Assembly (NCBI GenBank): GCA_043820925.1
Contig: JBDRDL010000057.1
Span: 1 to 52,486 of the forward strand
Direction: 5' to 3'
Source: Methanobacteriota archaeon
GTDB taxonomy: Archaea; Hydrothermarchaeota; Hydrothermarchaeia; Hydrothermarchaeales; JACRDW01
DNA: 52,486 nt
Below, piece by piece: positions 17,783-26,509 of the stretch. Both the position numbers and the translations under genes were made by a program. The notes beneath the pieces were generated by a model. The model ran no database searches and had not been told where the DNA came from. It saw only the letters and a list, made by a program, of their open reading frames with translations. Every line of letters begins with the position of its first letter. Position 1 is the stretch's first letter.

Positions 17783-18061
17783 CGAAATGACTTCACGCAG
17801 TCTATCTGCCAAAGGCTCCAGTTTCGAAGGTAATACTTCTAGAAATTTTTTAGCCTTATTTGTAGAAACTGCGCCTCTCGGAGAGGGTTTTATTATTCCA
17901 TTATGCTCAAGAATCCTCAGAGAATAGCGAACTTTGTGCGGGGGAAGCTTGCTGAGCTTCGAGAGCCTTATAATGCCTATGGGCTCGTTCTTAGTAACGA
18001 GCTTCAAAATCTTAACGTGCCTCTGTATCAGCTCAATTTCGTCTTCAAGATTCGATAACAT
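17774..18061 (-). CDS. small winged-helix transcriptional regulator
   Basis: 95 aa. IGIIRLSKLSKLPPHKVRYSLRILEHNGII is a helix-turn-helix plus wing pattern. It is divergent from the aroA leader. Confidence 0.55.
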   Translation of the reverse strand: MLSNLEDEIELIQRHVKILKLVTKNEPIGIIRLSKLSKLPPHKVRYSLRILEHNGIIKPSPRGAVSTNKAKKFLEVLPSKLEPLADRLREVISLF

Positions 18062-18093
18062 TTATATCTAAGCCAATATATAGCATGCCACGG

Positions 18094-18101
18094 TATATAA
18101 A
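18094..18101 (+). promoter_or_regulatory. TATA-box candidate for the aroA leader transcript
   Basis: TATATAAA lies about 210 nt upstream of the aroA ATG, which would give a long 5' UTR starting near 18125-18135. Confidence 0.4.
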
Positions 18102-18134
18102 TCAGCCCTTTTGAAAAAAGCGCTGGCGGAAAAG

Positions 18135-18309
18135 GTTGTGAGCGATTCGAGAGCTTTGCTCTCGAGCTCTGTGGGTTCTCCAAGGGCAAGCCCTTGGAAG
18201 CGAACAATACCCTTGCGTAAGCAAGACCGAATGGTTTTGCGCCTACCTAACGGTATTGGGTCAAGACACGAGGAGAAATGAAGGGTCTCGGCATGAAAAA
18301 GGTGACAAA
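18135..18309 (+). promoter_or_regulatory. long hairpin-rich 5' leader of aroA, partly related to leader copies A and B
   Basis: There are three perfect hairpins: TCGAGAGC-ttt-GCTCTCGA, CCAAGGGC-aa-GCCCTTGG and CTTGC-GTAA-GCAAG. It also contains the 15-nt block TGGGTCAAGACACGA shared with 8326-8340 and 30658-30672 (opposite strand). Confidence 0.55.
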
Positions 18310-19602
18310 ATGGAAGTAAGAGTTGAAAAAGTTGAAGGAATTAGGGGCAATGTAATTGCGCCTCCTTCCAAGAGCTATACTCATCGAGCCTTCATTATCG
18401 CCTCACTTGCCGAAGGGTGCTCTGTGATTAAAAATTATTTAAGAGCGCAGGATACTCTCTCAACTTTGAAGGCATGTGGAGCTTTTGGAGTCAGGATAGA
18501 GGAAAACGACAGAGTAACAATTCACGGCTCTGGAGGGAAGTTACAAACGCCAAAAGGGGTAATAGACTGCGAAAATTCTGGCACCACGATGAGGCTGATT
18601 TCGGGCATTGCTGCGTTGGATGGAGAAGTTACCCTTACTGGAGATGCTTCGATACAGCGGAGACCCATGCAGCCGCTGCTCGATGCCCTGAAGCAGCTTG
18701 GTGTTGAGGTATATTCTACCAAGGGGGACGGCACGCCTCCTATACTAATGAAGGGGGGAAATTTGAAGGGGGGCAAGGTAAAAATTCGGGGCGACATAAG
18801 CTCCCAGTTCATTTCATCGCTCCTAATACTCTCTCCCTGCGTTAAGGACGATGTCAGGATAACTGTAACAACTCCAATGAAATCGAAGCCATATATTGAT
18901 TTAACGCTGGATATAATGGAGAAGTTCGGAGTGAAAGTAGAGAACAAAAACTACAGGGAATTTTTCATAAAAGCTGGACAAAAATACAGAGGCAGGGAAT
19001 ACGAAATCGAGGGAGATTATTCCTCTGCGTCATATTTTCTGGCGCTTGCAGCGATGACGCACTCTGAAATTACTGTAAAAAATCTTTTCAAGGAAACCAA
19101 GCAAGGTGATAGGAAGCTCTTGGATATTCTAAAAAAGATGGGGGCTGAAGTGGCTGTAAGAGATAGAGAGATTACTGTAAAGGGAGCGAAGCTCCAAGGG
19201 ATAAGAGCGAGCCTAGGCGATGCCCCTGATTTATTGCCAGCGGTTGCTGCACTCGCATGCAAGGCAAAAGGAAAAACTGTGATAAAGAACGTAGAGCATG
19301 CAAGGTTTAAAGAGAGCGACAGAATCGCAGCATGCAGCAGCGAACTAAGCAAGTTCGGCGTGGATATAGAAGAGAAAAGAGACGGACTCGTTATTTACGG
19401 TACAGGCAGGTTAACTGGTGCTAGAGTAAACAGCGTTGATAAGCTGGGGAGAGCTGACCACAGAATGGCAATGGCTCTCGCTGTCGCAGGTCTGGCTGCA
19501 GAGGGAGAAACGAGCATTGAAAATGCAGAGTGCGTGGAAATTTCCTTCCCTGATTTTTTCAACATTTTAAGGTCTCTTGGAATTATTTTATCAGCGCCAT
19601 AA
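18310..19602 (+). CDS. aroA: 3-phosphoshikimate 1-carboxyvinyltransferase (EPSP synthase)
   Basis: From the ATG at 18310 (AGGTGA lies 4 nt upstream) the motifs are PSKSYTHRA, NSGTTMRL, GDISSQFISSLL and DHRMAMA. Confidence 0.9.
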   Translation: MEVRVEKVEGIRGNVIAPPSKSYTHRAFIIASLAEGCSVIKNYLRAQDTLSTLKACGAFGVRIEENDRVTIHGSGGKLQTPKGVIDCENSGTTMRLISGIAALDGEVTLTGDASIQRRPMQPLLDALKQLGVEVYSTKGDGTPPILMKGGNLKGGKVKIRGDISSQFISSLLILSPCVKDDVRITVTTPMKSKPYIDLTLDIMEKFGVKVENKNYREFFIKAGQKYRGREYEIEGDYSSASYFLALAAMTHSEITVKNLFKETKQGDRKLLDILKKMGAEVAVRDREITVKGAKLQGIRASLGDAPDLLPAVAALACKAKGKTVIKNVEHARFKESDRIAACSSELSKFGVDIEEKRDGLVIYGTGRLTGARVNSVDKLGRADHRMAMALAVAGLAAEGETSIENAECVEISFPDFFNILRSLGIILSAP

Positions 19603-20224
19603 TTATAAAACTGGCCAGGTCTCCAAAGAATGCAGCGATTAGAAATCCAATGGTTATCGGGATAAGAAAGGGCAGCGCAGGAGTAACCCAGACTTCACCC
19701 CTGCCATTTTTTTTACCGAGCCGCACCTTGCTCACGTTGAGAAATATGCTGTCGACAACCGCTTCATAGCTTTTGATTTGAGAGGCATCTTTCTTATATC
19801 CGAGGAACAAGACAAAAAAATCTCTCACCGACCTTATTTCTTTCAGATGTTTGAGATTGCGAGTGAAAAAAAATATTGGCAGCAGAGCAGATAGAAGTAC
19901 TGCGTTCGCAAAAACGCTGATTGCAAAGATTGGAAACAGGGTAATTGCGCTTGGATAAACTGGAAATAGAGCTCCAATTCCCACGAGAATCTTTGCGTCT
20001 CCACCGCCAATGAGCCCCAGGTAGTATAGCGCCAAACTAAAAATCGCAGTTGCCACTACTGAAATCAAAAAATTTTTTATCTCAAAATTATAAAGAAGGA
20101 ATAAAATACCCAGAGCCGCCAACAAAAGCCAGGACTTGTCATCTATCTCCCTGTGCTTCCAGTCCAAAAACGAAGCGTATGCCAGTATCGGGAAAGTCAA
20201 AAATACCTTAAGAATTTCAATCAT
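19583..20224 (-). CDS. A24-family aspartyl peptidase (prepilin/preflagellin peptidase-like)
   Basis: 213-aa polytopic membrane protein with both catalytic Asp contexts (SFLDWKHREIDD and GGGDAKIL). It is the last gene of a six-gene co-directional cluster. Confidence 0.7.
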   Translation of the reverse strand: MIEILKVFLTFPILAYASFLDWKHREIDDKSWLLLAALGILFLLYNFEIKNFLISVVATAIFSLALYYLGLIGGGDAKILVGIGALFPVYPSAITLFPIFAISVFANAVLLSALLPIFFFTRNLKHLKEIRSVRDFFVLFLGYKKDASQIKSYEAVVDSIFLNVSKVRLGKKNGRGEVWVTPALPFLIPITIGFLIAAFFGDLASFIIMALIK

Positions 20225-21029
20225 AGTTCCATCTTTTTATTTCCTCCACTTTAACAGCTGCCTTTGACCCAGGTTTTCTCCTGAATCTAAATAAGTTCCT
20301 CAGCCTGGTAAAAAATCCAACAATGTATTCTTCTCCAACTAAGTGAGCAGCAAGTTTTTTGAATTCTATTGCAGCAGGAGAATTGGGGCTGTTCAGCACC
20401 ACCGGATTTCCTGAAGCTATACCCTCTCTGACCCCGGCGTCTTCTGGCACTACCGCAATGACCCTTGCATCGAGGAAAGGTTCAATCTCGGAAACTGAGA
20501 GCTCGTATCTCTCGTTCCTAACTCTATTCAGCACGACTCCTCCAACAAGTACCTTATTTCTTTTTGCCACCTCTATAGCCTTGAGGGCGTCTGTAATTGC
20601 CGGAAGTTCTGGATTCGTCACAACTAAAACCTCATCACAAAGTTCCAGTATCGGAATGATTTCATTCCCCAAGCCGGAGCAGGAATCTATCAAAATTAAT
20701 TCATAACTCTCTAACTCATTCAAGAACTCCTTTAACTCCTCTAAATCCGGATATGCTTTACTCGGTGCGAGAGGAGCTAGCAGCAGTTTAACGCCGCTTA
20801 CATGCGCCTGCACTGCCTCCAAAATTGGAACTTTTTTTTTCAATACATCCTCAAGAGAAACGGAAGGAGAATAGATTCCAAAATGCAGTCCTAAATCCGA
20901 AGTAATAGTGCTGCCGTCTATAAGAACTACTCTCTTTTTAAACTCAGAAGCCAAGGCAGCACCTATATTTGCAACAGCAGTTGTTTTCCCTACGCCGCCT
21001 TTTCCTGAAATAACCGCTATAGTCTTCAT
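20217..21029 (-). CDS. MinD/ParA-family P-loop ATPase
   Basis: It has the deviant Walker A SGKGGVGKTT and the MinD-like layout. It overlaps both neighbours by 4-8 nt. Confidence 0.8.
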   Translation of the reverse strand: MKTIAVISGKGGVGKTTAVANIGAALASEFKKRVVLIDGSTITSDLGLHFGIYSPSVSLEDVLKKKVPILEAVQAHVSGVKLLLAPLAPSKAYPDLEELKEFLNELESYELILIDSCSGLGNEIIPILELCDEVLVVTNPELPAITDALKAIEVAKRNKVLVGGVVLNRVRNERYELSVSEIEPFLDARVIAVVPEDAGVREGIASGNPVVLNSPNSPAAIEFKKLAAHLVGEEYIVGFFTRLRNLFRFRRKPGSKAAVKVEEIKRWNYD

Positions 21030-22522
21030 TCAATTCTCCCTTTCGCCAGCCTTACTCCATGCTTTATTTGTTTTAGTGCCCTTATCTTTTTTCCTCTGTA
21101 GACTCTGCTAACATATATCCTTCTCAGAATCAATGCTACGAACATAAAAAAAATAACATAGCTAATGTGGAACTTACGCAGTATTCTCTCCTCCCAACGT
21201 ACTTCTGTAGGAGCGGGCTTAACTTTCGCTGTCTCTGGAGTAACTATAAGCGAGGGGGCGATGCTCTCTACGTGATAAATCGCTCCGCGCAAGTCTTCGT
21301 ATATCACATCTAATCTCGGAAGCTGATAGGTTGCGCTCTCTGGCTTATATAAATTTTTGGCCCTAACTTTATATGAAATTACTATAGATTCTCCTGGCTT
21401 GAGCTCCCCACCCCACGCCAGTTTTCCCTCTATCAGCTCTAAGCCGCCGGGAATTGAGTCTCTGAAGCGTACGTTACTCGCCCTGCCCTCTCCAAGATTT
21501 TGTATAGCTATCTCAACTGTAGTGCTTTCGCCCTCAGCTATAACTGAATTTGCGATAAATTTCGATACGCTCAATCTTGGTAATTTGGATACGTCCTCTG
21601 CTGGCTGTATTCTTTTGAAGAAATAAATGTTGTTGTCATAAGAACCGGCTACAGCATAGTTTCCGTCAATAGATGTCGCAACCGAAGATACATAGTAAGC
21701 AGTCCTATATTTCCCAGATAAATTACCGGAGTAATTTAGGAAGTAGACGTTGTTATCCCTCGAACCTGCAACCACGTATTCTCCGCCAGAGGACAGTGCA
21801 ACATCCCATATTTCATCGCCGGCCTTGTACTTCCACAGCAGCTTTCCTGTTGAGTCGAAAAAGTAGACGTGGTTATCGTAGCTGCCTGCCACTATGTATT
21901 TACCGTCTGGAGAGATTGAAGTGCTGAGTCCAACGTCAAAGACTTTATACTTCCAGTGCAAAACGCCTTCTGAGTCGAAGAGATAAATGTGGTTATCATA
22001 GCTGCCTGCTGCTGTGTAGCGGCCGTCTGAGGAGATGGAAGTACTTAGCACAACGTCGTCTGTCCTGTACTTCCATAACAATTTGCCGGTTGAATCGAAT
22101 AAATACACGTGGTTATCATAGCTGCCTGCTGCTGTGTATTTACCATCTGAGGAGATAGCTACTGTCCAGACAGTGTCGCCAGTTGCGTACTTCCACAGCA
22201 GCTTTCCTGTTGAGTCGAAAAAGTAGATGTTGCGGTCTTTTGAGCCTGCTGCTGTGTATTTACCATCTGAGGAGATAGCTACTGTCCAGACAGTGTCGCC
22301 AGTTGCGTACTTCCACAGCAGCTTTCCTGTTGAGTCGAAAAAGTAGACGTGGTTATCGTAGCTGCCTGCTGCTGTGTATTTACCGTCTGACGACATGCCG
22401 ACCGTCCAGACTCCAGAGGCGGTAGAATAACTCCAAATCATTACCTGCTCTTCTGTATAAGCTACTGGTGTAATGGAAAGCGATGCAAGTAATATTAAAC
22501 CTATTAACTTTTTTTTATTCAT
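21026..22522 (-). CDS. secreted seven-bladed PQQ-like beta-propeller protein with CARDB/DUF11-like domain and C-terminal membrane anchor
   Basis: Sec-type signal MNKKKLIGLILLASLS. There are seven 40-aa repeats (SSDGKYTAAGSYDNHVYFFDSTGKLLWKY). These are followed by an Ig-like block (GESTTVEIAIQNLGEGRASNV) and a hydrophobic tail with basic residues. Confidence 0.7.
   Translation of the reverse strand: MNKKKLIGLILLASLSITPVAYTEEQVMIWSYSTASGVWTVGMSSDGKYTAAGSYDNHVYFFDSTGKLLWKYATGDTVWTVAISSDGKYTAAGSKDRNIYFFDSTGKLLWKYATGDTVWTVAISSDGKYTAAGSYDNHVYLFDSTGKLLWKYRTDDVVLSTSISSDGRYTAAGSYDNHIYLFDSEGVLHWKYKVFDVGLSTSISPDGKYIVAGSYDNHVYFFDSTGKLLWKYKAGDEIWDVALSSGGEYVVAGSRDNNVYFLNYSGNLSGKYRTAYYVSSVATSIDGNYAVAGSYDNNIYFFKRIQPAEDVSKLPRLSVSKFIANSVIAEGESTTVEIAIQNLGEGRASNVRFRDSIPGGLELIEGKLAWGGELKPGESIVISYKVRAKNLYKPESATYQLPRLDVIYEDLRGAIYHVESIAPSLIVTPETAKVKPAPTEVRWEERILRKFHISYVIFFMFVALILRRIYVSRVYRGKKIRALKQIKHGVRLAKGRIE
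21604..22411 (-). repeat. seven tandem ~120-bp coding repeats (propeller blades)
   Basis: Units 22141-22260 and 22261-22380 are nearly identical at the DNA level. The other units are progressively more diverged. Confidence 0.8.
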
Positions 22523-23545
22523 TTATTGCCCTTCTTCTGGGAATGTAAACAGCCTCAAACCTATCTTATATAATTCCACGGCTAATCTATGCTTGGTGAG
22601 AACTTCTGGAAGAGCGTACAGCGCCTTTATCTCAGTGAACGTCCCCTTCTCTAAACCAGCAACAATCCAGCTCACATCTCTGGTTTTATGTTTTAGCAGG
22701 TATGCCCACGTTACCCCAGGTATCTCACGACCTCTCGTATATACAACCGGCGCATCATATTCTAATGAAATGGTCAAAGCGTCTGTGCTTGGAGCAGTAC
22801 CGTCAGTTATCACGATTACCTCCGGGCTTTCGATTTTCTCGGCCAGCTTTACAGCTGTCTCGTATCTCGTCTCGCCCCAAATTCTCTCCACATAAGCTAT
22901 TTCTTTAAGCTGATTTTCAACCTTTGTAGAAACCGCCATAGGACCACCGATTACTATTATCTTGTTTGGTTTCAGTTTTTTCAGGGCATTTAAAGTCGAC
23001 TCCGGCAATTTCTCTGTCTCCGTCAGCAGTATTGGTGCACGCATATGCTTTGCATATGCAACCGCTGCTATGCCGTCTACTGGGGATTCGGTCCTCACAA
23101 CTATAACTGTGGCTGGAAGTATGTAGCTGTCCAAGACTTTTGTATTGGAAAAGTCGTACATTTCTTCGAAGGTTGTGGGAGTAACAACAGGAATACCGCG
23201 AATGACTCTTGCTGGTTCGCCCACCGGCGTAACTGGCTCTGATAGAAGACCCCTTACCAGCGGGAAAGTTGGAACAGGATATTGTCCGGCTGTAATAAGC
23301 GTTGGAGCGAGCGATACGGGTCCACTAAAGAATGGCTTTGACTTCAGGAATTTATCCTCAATAATTTTTTTCATAAGCTGGGGTGTTAGAAGGTATACTC
23401 CTCCCACGAAGGTCGGTGGAGCTATAAAGACACCTACATCCGCTGGTGGCACTTCATAGTTACCTGGAAGCACCTGGGCTGCGGCAAGCTCATTGAGTAT
23501 AAAGAAAAGAATTAAAACTGCAATTTTTTTTCTCAACTTTTTCAC
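22523..23545 (-). CDS. secreted protein with cell-wall-binding-repeat-2 (CWB2)-like domain
   Basis: Signal peptide MKKLRKKIAVLILFFIL. The block ATVIVVRTESPVDGIAAVAYAKHMRAPILLTE..KIIVIGGPMAVS resembles CWB2 repeats. Its stop abuts the propeller gene start. Confidence 0.55.
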   Translation of the reverse strand: MKKLRKKIAVLILFFILNELAAAQVLPGNYEVPPADVGVFIAPPTFVGGVYLLTPQLMKKIIEDKFLKSKPFFSGPVSLAPTLITAGQYPVPTFPLVRGLLSEPVTPVGEPARVIRGIPVVTPTTFEEMYDFSNTKVLDSYILPATVIVVRTESPVDGIAAVAYAKHMRAPILLTETEKLPESTLNALKKLKPNKIIVIGGPMAVSTKVENQLKEIAYVERIWGETRYETAVKLAEKIESPEVIVITDGTAPSTDALTISLEYDAPVVYTRGREIPGVTWAYLLKHKTRDVSWIVAGLEKGTFTEIKALYALPEVLTKHRLAVELYKIGLRLFTFPEEGQ

Positions 23546-23596
23546 CTGTCCCCAAACGTCTACAGAACTAATACCTCTCCTCGCTGTCCTGCTCCA

Positions 23597-23968
23597 CTAT
23601 TCTGCTGGAGCTTCCTCAAGCGCTCGCTTTACAGCAGCCTCTACCTCGTCTATCCTGAAAGGCTTGGAAATGTAGTCGTCTGCGCCCTTCTTCATCGCCT
23701 CTACGGCGCTTTTAGTAGAGGCGAAGGCTGTTATCATTATAACTCTTATCTGCGGCTTGAGCCTCTTGATTTCGAGCAGCAGCTCCATGCCGCTCATTCC
23801 GGGCATCTTGATGTCTGCCAACACAACGCCGTAATCTTCCTTCTTTATTTTCTCTAAGGCTTCCGTTCCAGAGCCAACATGGGAAACTTCGTACCCCGCT
23901 TCCATCAGCACCTCAGACAGATCTATCCTTATTTGTTTCTCGTCGTCCACGACCAAGATTTTCTTCAT
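23597..23968 (-). CDS. stand-alone response regulator receiver (CheY-like)
   Basis: 123 aa with the DD acidic pocket (VVDDE), the phospho-acceptor context VLADIKMPGMSG, and T and K (ITAF..KP) positions. There is no output domain. Confidence 0.9.
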   Translation of the reverse strand: MKKILVVDDEKQIRIDLSEVLMEAGYEVSHVGSGTEALEKIKKEDYGVVLADIKMPGMSGMELLLEIKRLKPQIRVIMITAFASTKSAVEAMKKGADDYISKPFRIDEVEAAVKRALEEAPAE

Positions 23969-25674
23969 TTTTTAACCACCGGCAGTTTAATAGTAAAAGT
24001 ACTTCCAGCTCCAACCTCGCTCTCCACTTCTATTTTGCCCTTGTGTTTCTGAATTATTCCGTAACTTATAGATAAGCCTAATCCGATTCCCTTTCCTACC
24101 TCTCTGGTTGTGAAGAAAGGATCGAAGATTTTACCGAGGTTCTCCTTTGGAATTCCAACGCCGGTATCTGTGAACCTTATTTCAATTGTACTGCCAACAA
24201 CCAGCGTTGCAATACTCAGCCTGCCTCCATCTGGCATTGCTTGACAAGCATTGTCTATGATGTTAATGAATACCTGCCGCAGCCGGGTATCGTCAGCAAG
24301 TATCTCGGGTAAATCTCCAAAATTCCTGACTACCTCTATTCCAACGAATTTGTGCTTCAAATCATCCAAAACCTTTGTAATCAGAGAATTTATGTCTACC
24401 GGAGCACGCCTGAGCTCGGATTCTCTTGAGAAGTCCAGCAAGTCCTTAACAATCCCTGCGGCCGTATCTACATTCTCTTGGATTATCTTCAATCTCTCTG
24501 CATACCTGTCGCCTTCTTTCGCTTCTCTAAGAAGCCTTTGCGCATTCAGAGATATGTTCGCCAGAGGATTGTTTATTTCGTGGGCAACGCCGGTTGCCAT
24601 CGCCCCTAGCGAAGCAAGTTTTTCTGACTGGATTAGCCTTCTCTGAACATCCTGCAGGTTGCTCACCATAGCATTGAACGCCGAGGCAAGCCACTCAACC
24701 TCATCCCCTGTCTTTAAATCTATTCTGTGACTTAAATTTCCCCTGCCTATCTCCTCAGCCCCCCTAACCAGCTGCCGTATTGGAGTAGTTACTGTGTAAC
24801 TTAGTAACACTGCGGCTGACAAAACTATCAGCGTTATGCCGCCTCCCACTATTATAATAGCTCTCCGCAAAGCATCAACTGGGGCGAATGCTTCTGCCTG
24901 CTCTATCTCAGCCAGTATGCACAGCTGTCTGCTTTCCATCCATCTATAAGAACCGATAACTGGAATGCCCTTATAGTTCTCATAAAATCCTGCCCCTGAG
25001 CTATACTTCAGGCATTCGTCAACTCCTCTCGTATGCACTTCTTTTTTAAATGGCTGCTCTGAAAGGAAGGAGCGATTGCTATCCACAAGATAGATTTCTC
25101 CAGTCCTTCCCGAGAAAGTTTTCTCTTTGACTATTGCGTTTAATCGCTCCAGGCTCACTTTCCCGGCTACTGTGCCGAGTACCCTGTCTTCCTCGGTTTT
25201 AACCAGCGCAGCTGTAATCATCACCGATCCCTCAAGCGGAGATGTATATACCCCCCTCTTTTCAAACGATTCGTACCTGCCTTCTTCTTTACTTGTTGAA
25301 ACTTGCACCACGCCTTTGACGCTCAAAAAGGAAATTTCAAGAAAATCAGAATCCTCTTCCTTAAGTGTCTTAAACTCATAAAACATGTCCTCATAAGCTC
25401 TTGTATAAACTGGGTCAGTCTTAATGTGCGTTGCCAATCGGAGCGAATTTTTCTGAACAGCAGGAGACCTCGCAAGCAGCACAATTTCTTTTTCCTTATT
25501 GGCAATCCACGCTTCAATTTCCTCCTCTTTCAGAGCAGTTGCAGTAGTCAAATAATTAAAGGACTGAACTTCGATAGCTTTCCTGCCGCTCTCATATGCC
25601 ATAAAACCTACGACAGTAAGAGGTACTATAGAGAATATCAGAAAATACGCCATGAGTCGAATCTTCAAGCGCAT
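23965..25674 (-). CDS. sensor histidine kinase (TM - Cache-like extracellular domain - TM - HAMP - HisKA - HATPase)
   Basis: H-box VAHEINNPL, N-box NIIDNACQAM, and G-boxes DTGVGI and GKGIGLGLS. There are two TM segments flanking a ~250-aa periplasmic-type domain. Confidence 0.9.
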   Translation of the reverse strand: MRLKIRLMAYFLIFSIVPLTVVGFMAYESGRKAIEVQSFNYLTTATALKEEEIEAWIANKEKEIVLLARSPAVQKNSLRLATHIKTDPVYTRAYEDMFYEFKTLKEEDSDFLEISFLSVKGVVQVSTSKEEGRYESFEKRGVYTSPLEGSVMITAALVKTEEDRVLGTVAGKVSLERLNAIVKEKTFSGRTGEIYLVDSNRSFLSEQPFKKEVHTRGVDECLKYSSGAGFYENYKGIPVIGSYRWMESRQLCILAEIEQAEAFAPVDALRRAIIIVGGGITLIVLSAAVLLSYTVTTPIRQLVRGAEEIGRGNLSHRIDLKTGDEVEWLASAFNAMVSNLQDVQRRLIQSEKLASLGAMATGVAHEINNPLANISLNAQRLLREAKEGDRYAERLKIIQENVDTAAGIVKDLLDFSRESELRRAPVDINSLITKVLDDLKHKFVGIEVVRNFGDLPEILADDTRLRQVFINIIDNACQAMPDGGRLSIATLVVGSTIEIRFTDTGVGIPKENLGKIFDPFFTTREVGKGIGLGLSISYGIIQKHKGKIEVESEVGAGSTFTIKLPVVKK

Positions 25675-25735
25675 ATTATTTACTTTGGTGCTTGCAATAT
25701 AAACTTATTTAAGCTAATAAAAACAATCTGTATGC

Positions 25736-26509
25736 ATGCTCCGACCGAGACTTTCCGTCTTATTCCTTCTCTCAATATTCCTGGCAATTACGCTTCTGGA
25801 GTACGTATTTACTTACACTGACGCAGCGTATGGAATAATTTTAGCACTTTTCCTGACGATTTTCATATATGTCATTGTTTCAATGCCGAGATTTGAAACA
25901 GATGTAACGAGAGCTGCCGAATCTCTGGCTTTAATACCTCTATATGTGCTGTTTACCTCCTCCCTGCCATGGTTCTTCATAAAGCAGGAGTATGTACTGC
26001 CTGCAGTATACTCGATAATCCTAGGGCTGTGCTTCCTTCATATGTATGAAAAGGGGATAAGTTTGGAGGGCGCAGGTCTGAAAACTAAAAATTGGTTTAA
26101 ATTGGCTGTTATCGGTTCTATGATAGGAATACCCACAGGGATTGCGGAATACCTTGTTCTGCTACCAGAGCCAGCTTTTCCAGTATTTCAGATTCACTAC
26201 TTCCTCAGAGATTGTGTTTACATGATACTCTTCGTGGGTCTTGCGGAAGAGCTGCTCTTCAGAGGTATAATACAAACAGATTTGCAGAGGATTTTTGGAA
26301 AGCTTCCTGGACTGTTAAGCGCTTCCTACCTCTTCGGAATAATGCACCTAACCTGGCGCTCCCTGCCAGAGCTCCTATTTACTTTTTGGGCAGGATACCT
26401 GCTCGGCTACGTTTACAACAGAACGAACAGTTTGACTGCGCCGATATTCCTGCACGGGGTGAACAACGTTATGCTCGTCGCTGTTTTGCCTTACTTAGGA
26501 AGATTATGA
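25736..26509 (+). CDS. CPBP-family intramembrane glutamic endopeptidase (CAAX protease-like)
   Basis: Polytopic, with the EELLFRG, FGIMH and HGVNN motifs. Confidence 0.8.
   Translation: MLRPRLSVLFLLSIFLAITLLEYVFTYTDAAYGIILALFLTIFIYVIVSMPRFETDVTRAAESLALIPLYVLFTSSLPWFFIKQEYVLPAVYSIILGLCFLHMYEKGISLEGAGLKTKNWFKLAVIGSMIGIPTGIAEYLVLLPEPAFPVFQIHYFLRDCVYMILFVGLAEELLFRGIIQTDLQRIFGKLPGLLSASYLFGIMHLTWRSLPELLFTFWAGYLLGYVYNRTNSLTAPIFLHGVNNVMLVAVLPYLGRL

Noticed and set aside
18135-18260. A hairpin-rich GC-balanced segment, considered as a tRNA, SRP RNA or RNase P RNA fragment.
   Set aside because: I could find no cloverleaf, no T-loop GTTCRA motif, no GAGGAAAGTCC-type RNase P box and no SRP domain IV motifs. 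Its position directly upstream of aroA fits a leader better.
21917-21928. An 11-nt match (GAAGTGCTGAG) to the 5' block of the leader element, inside the propeller gene.
   Set aside because: It is an isolated short match with no flanking similarity, which is compatible with chance in about 105 kb of two-strand sequence.
26212-26505. 98-codon N-terminal extension of the deacetylase ORF, and similarly the extensions at 5674-5856, 14823-14885, 18256-18309, 36538-36594 and 30924-30980.
   Set aside because: The extensions overlap the preceding gene or a leader, translate to Arg/Cys-rich nonsense, and have internal ATGs with SD-like sequences that give canonical family N-termini.
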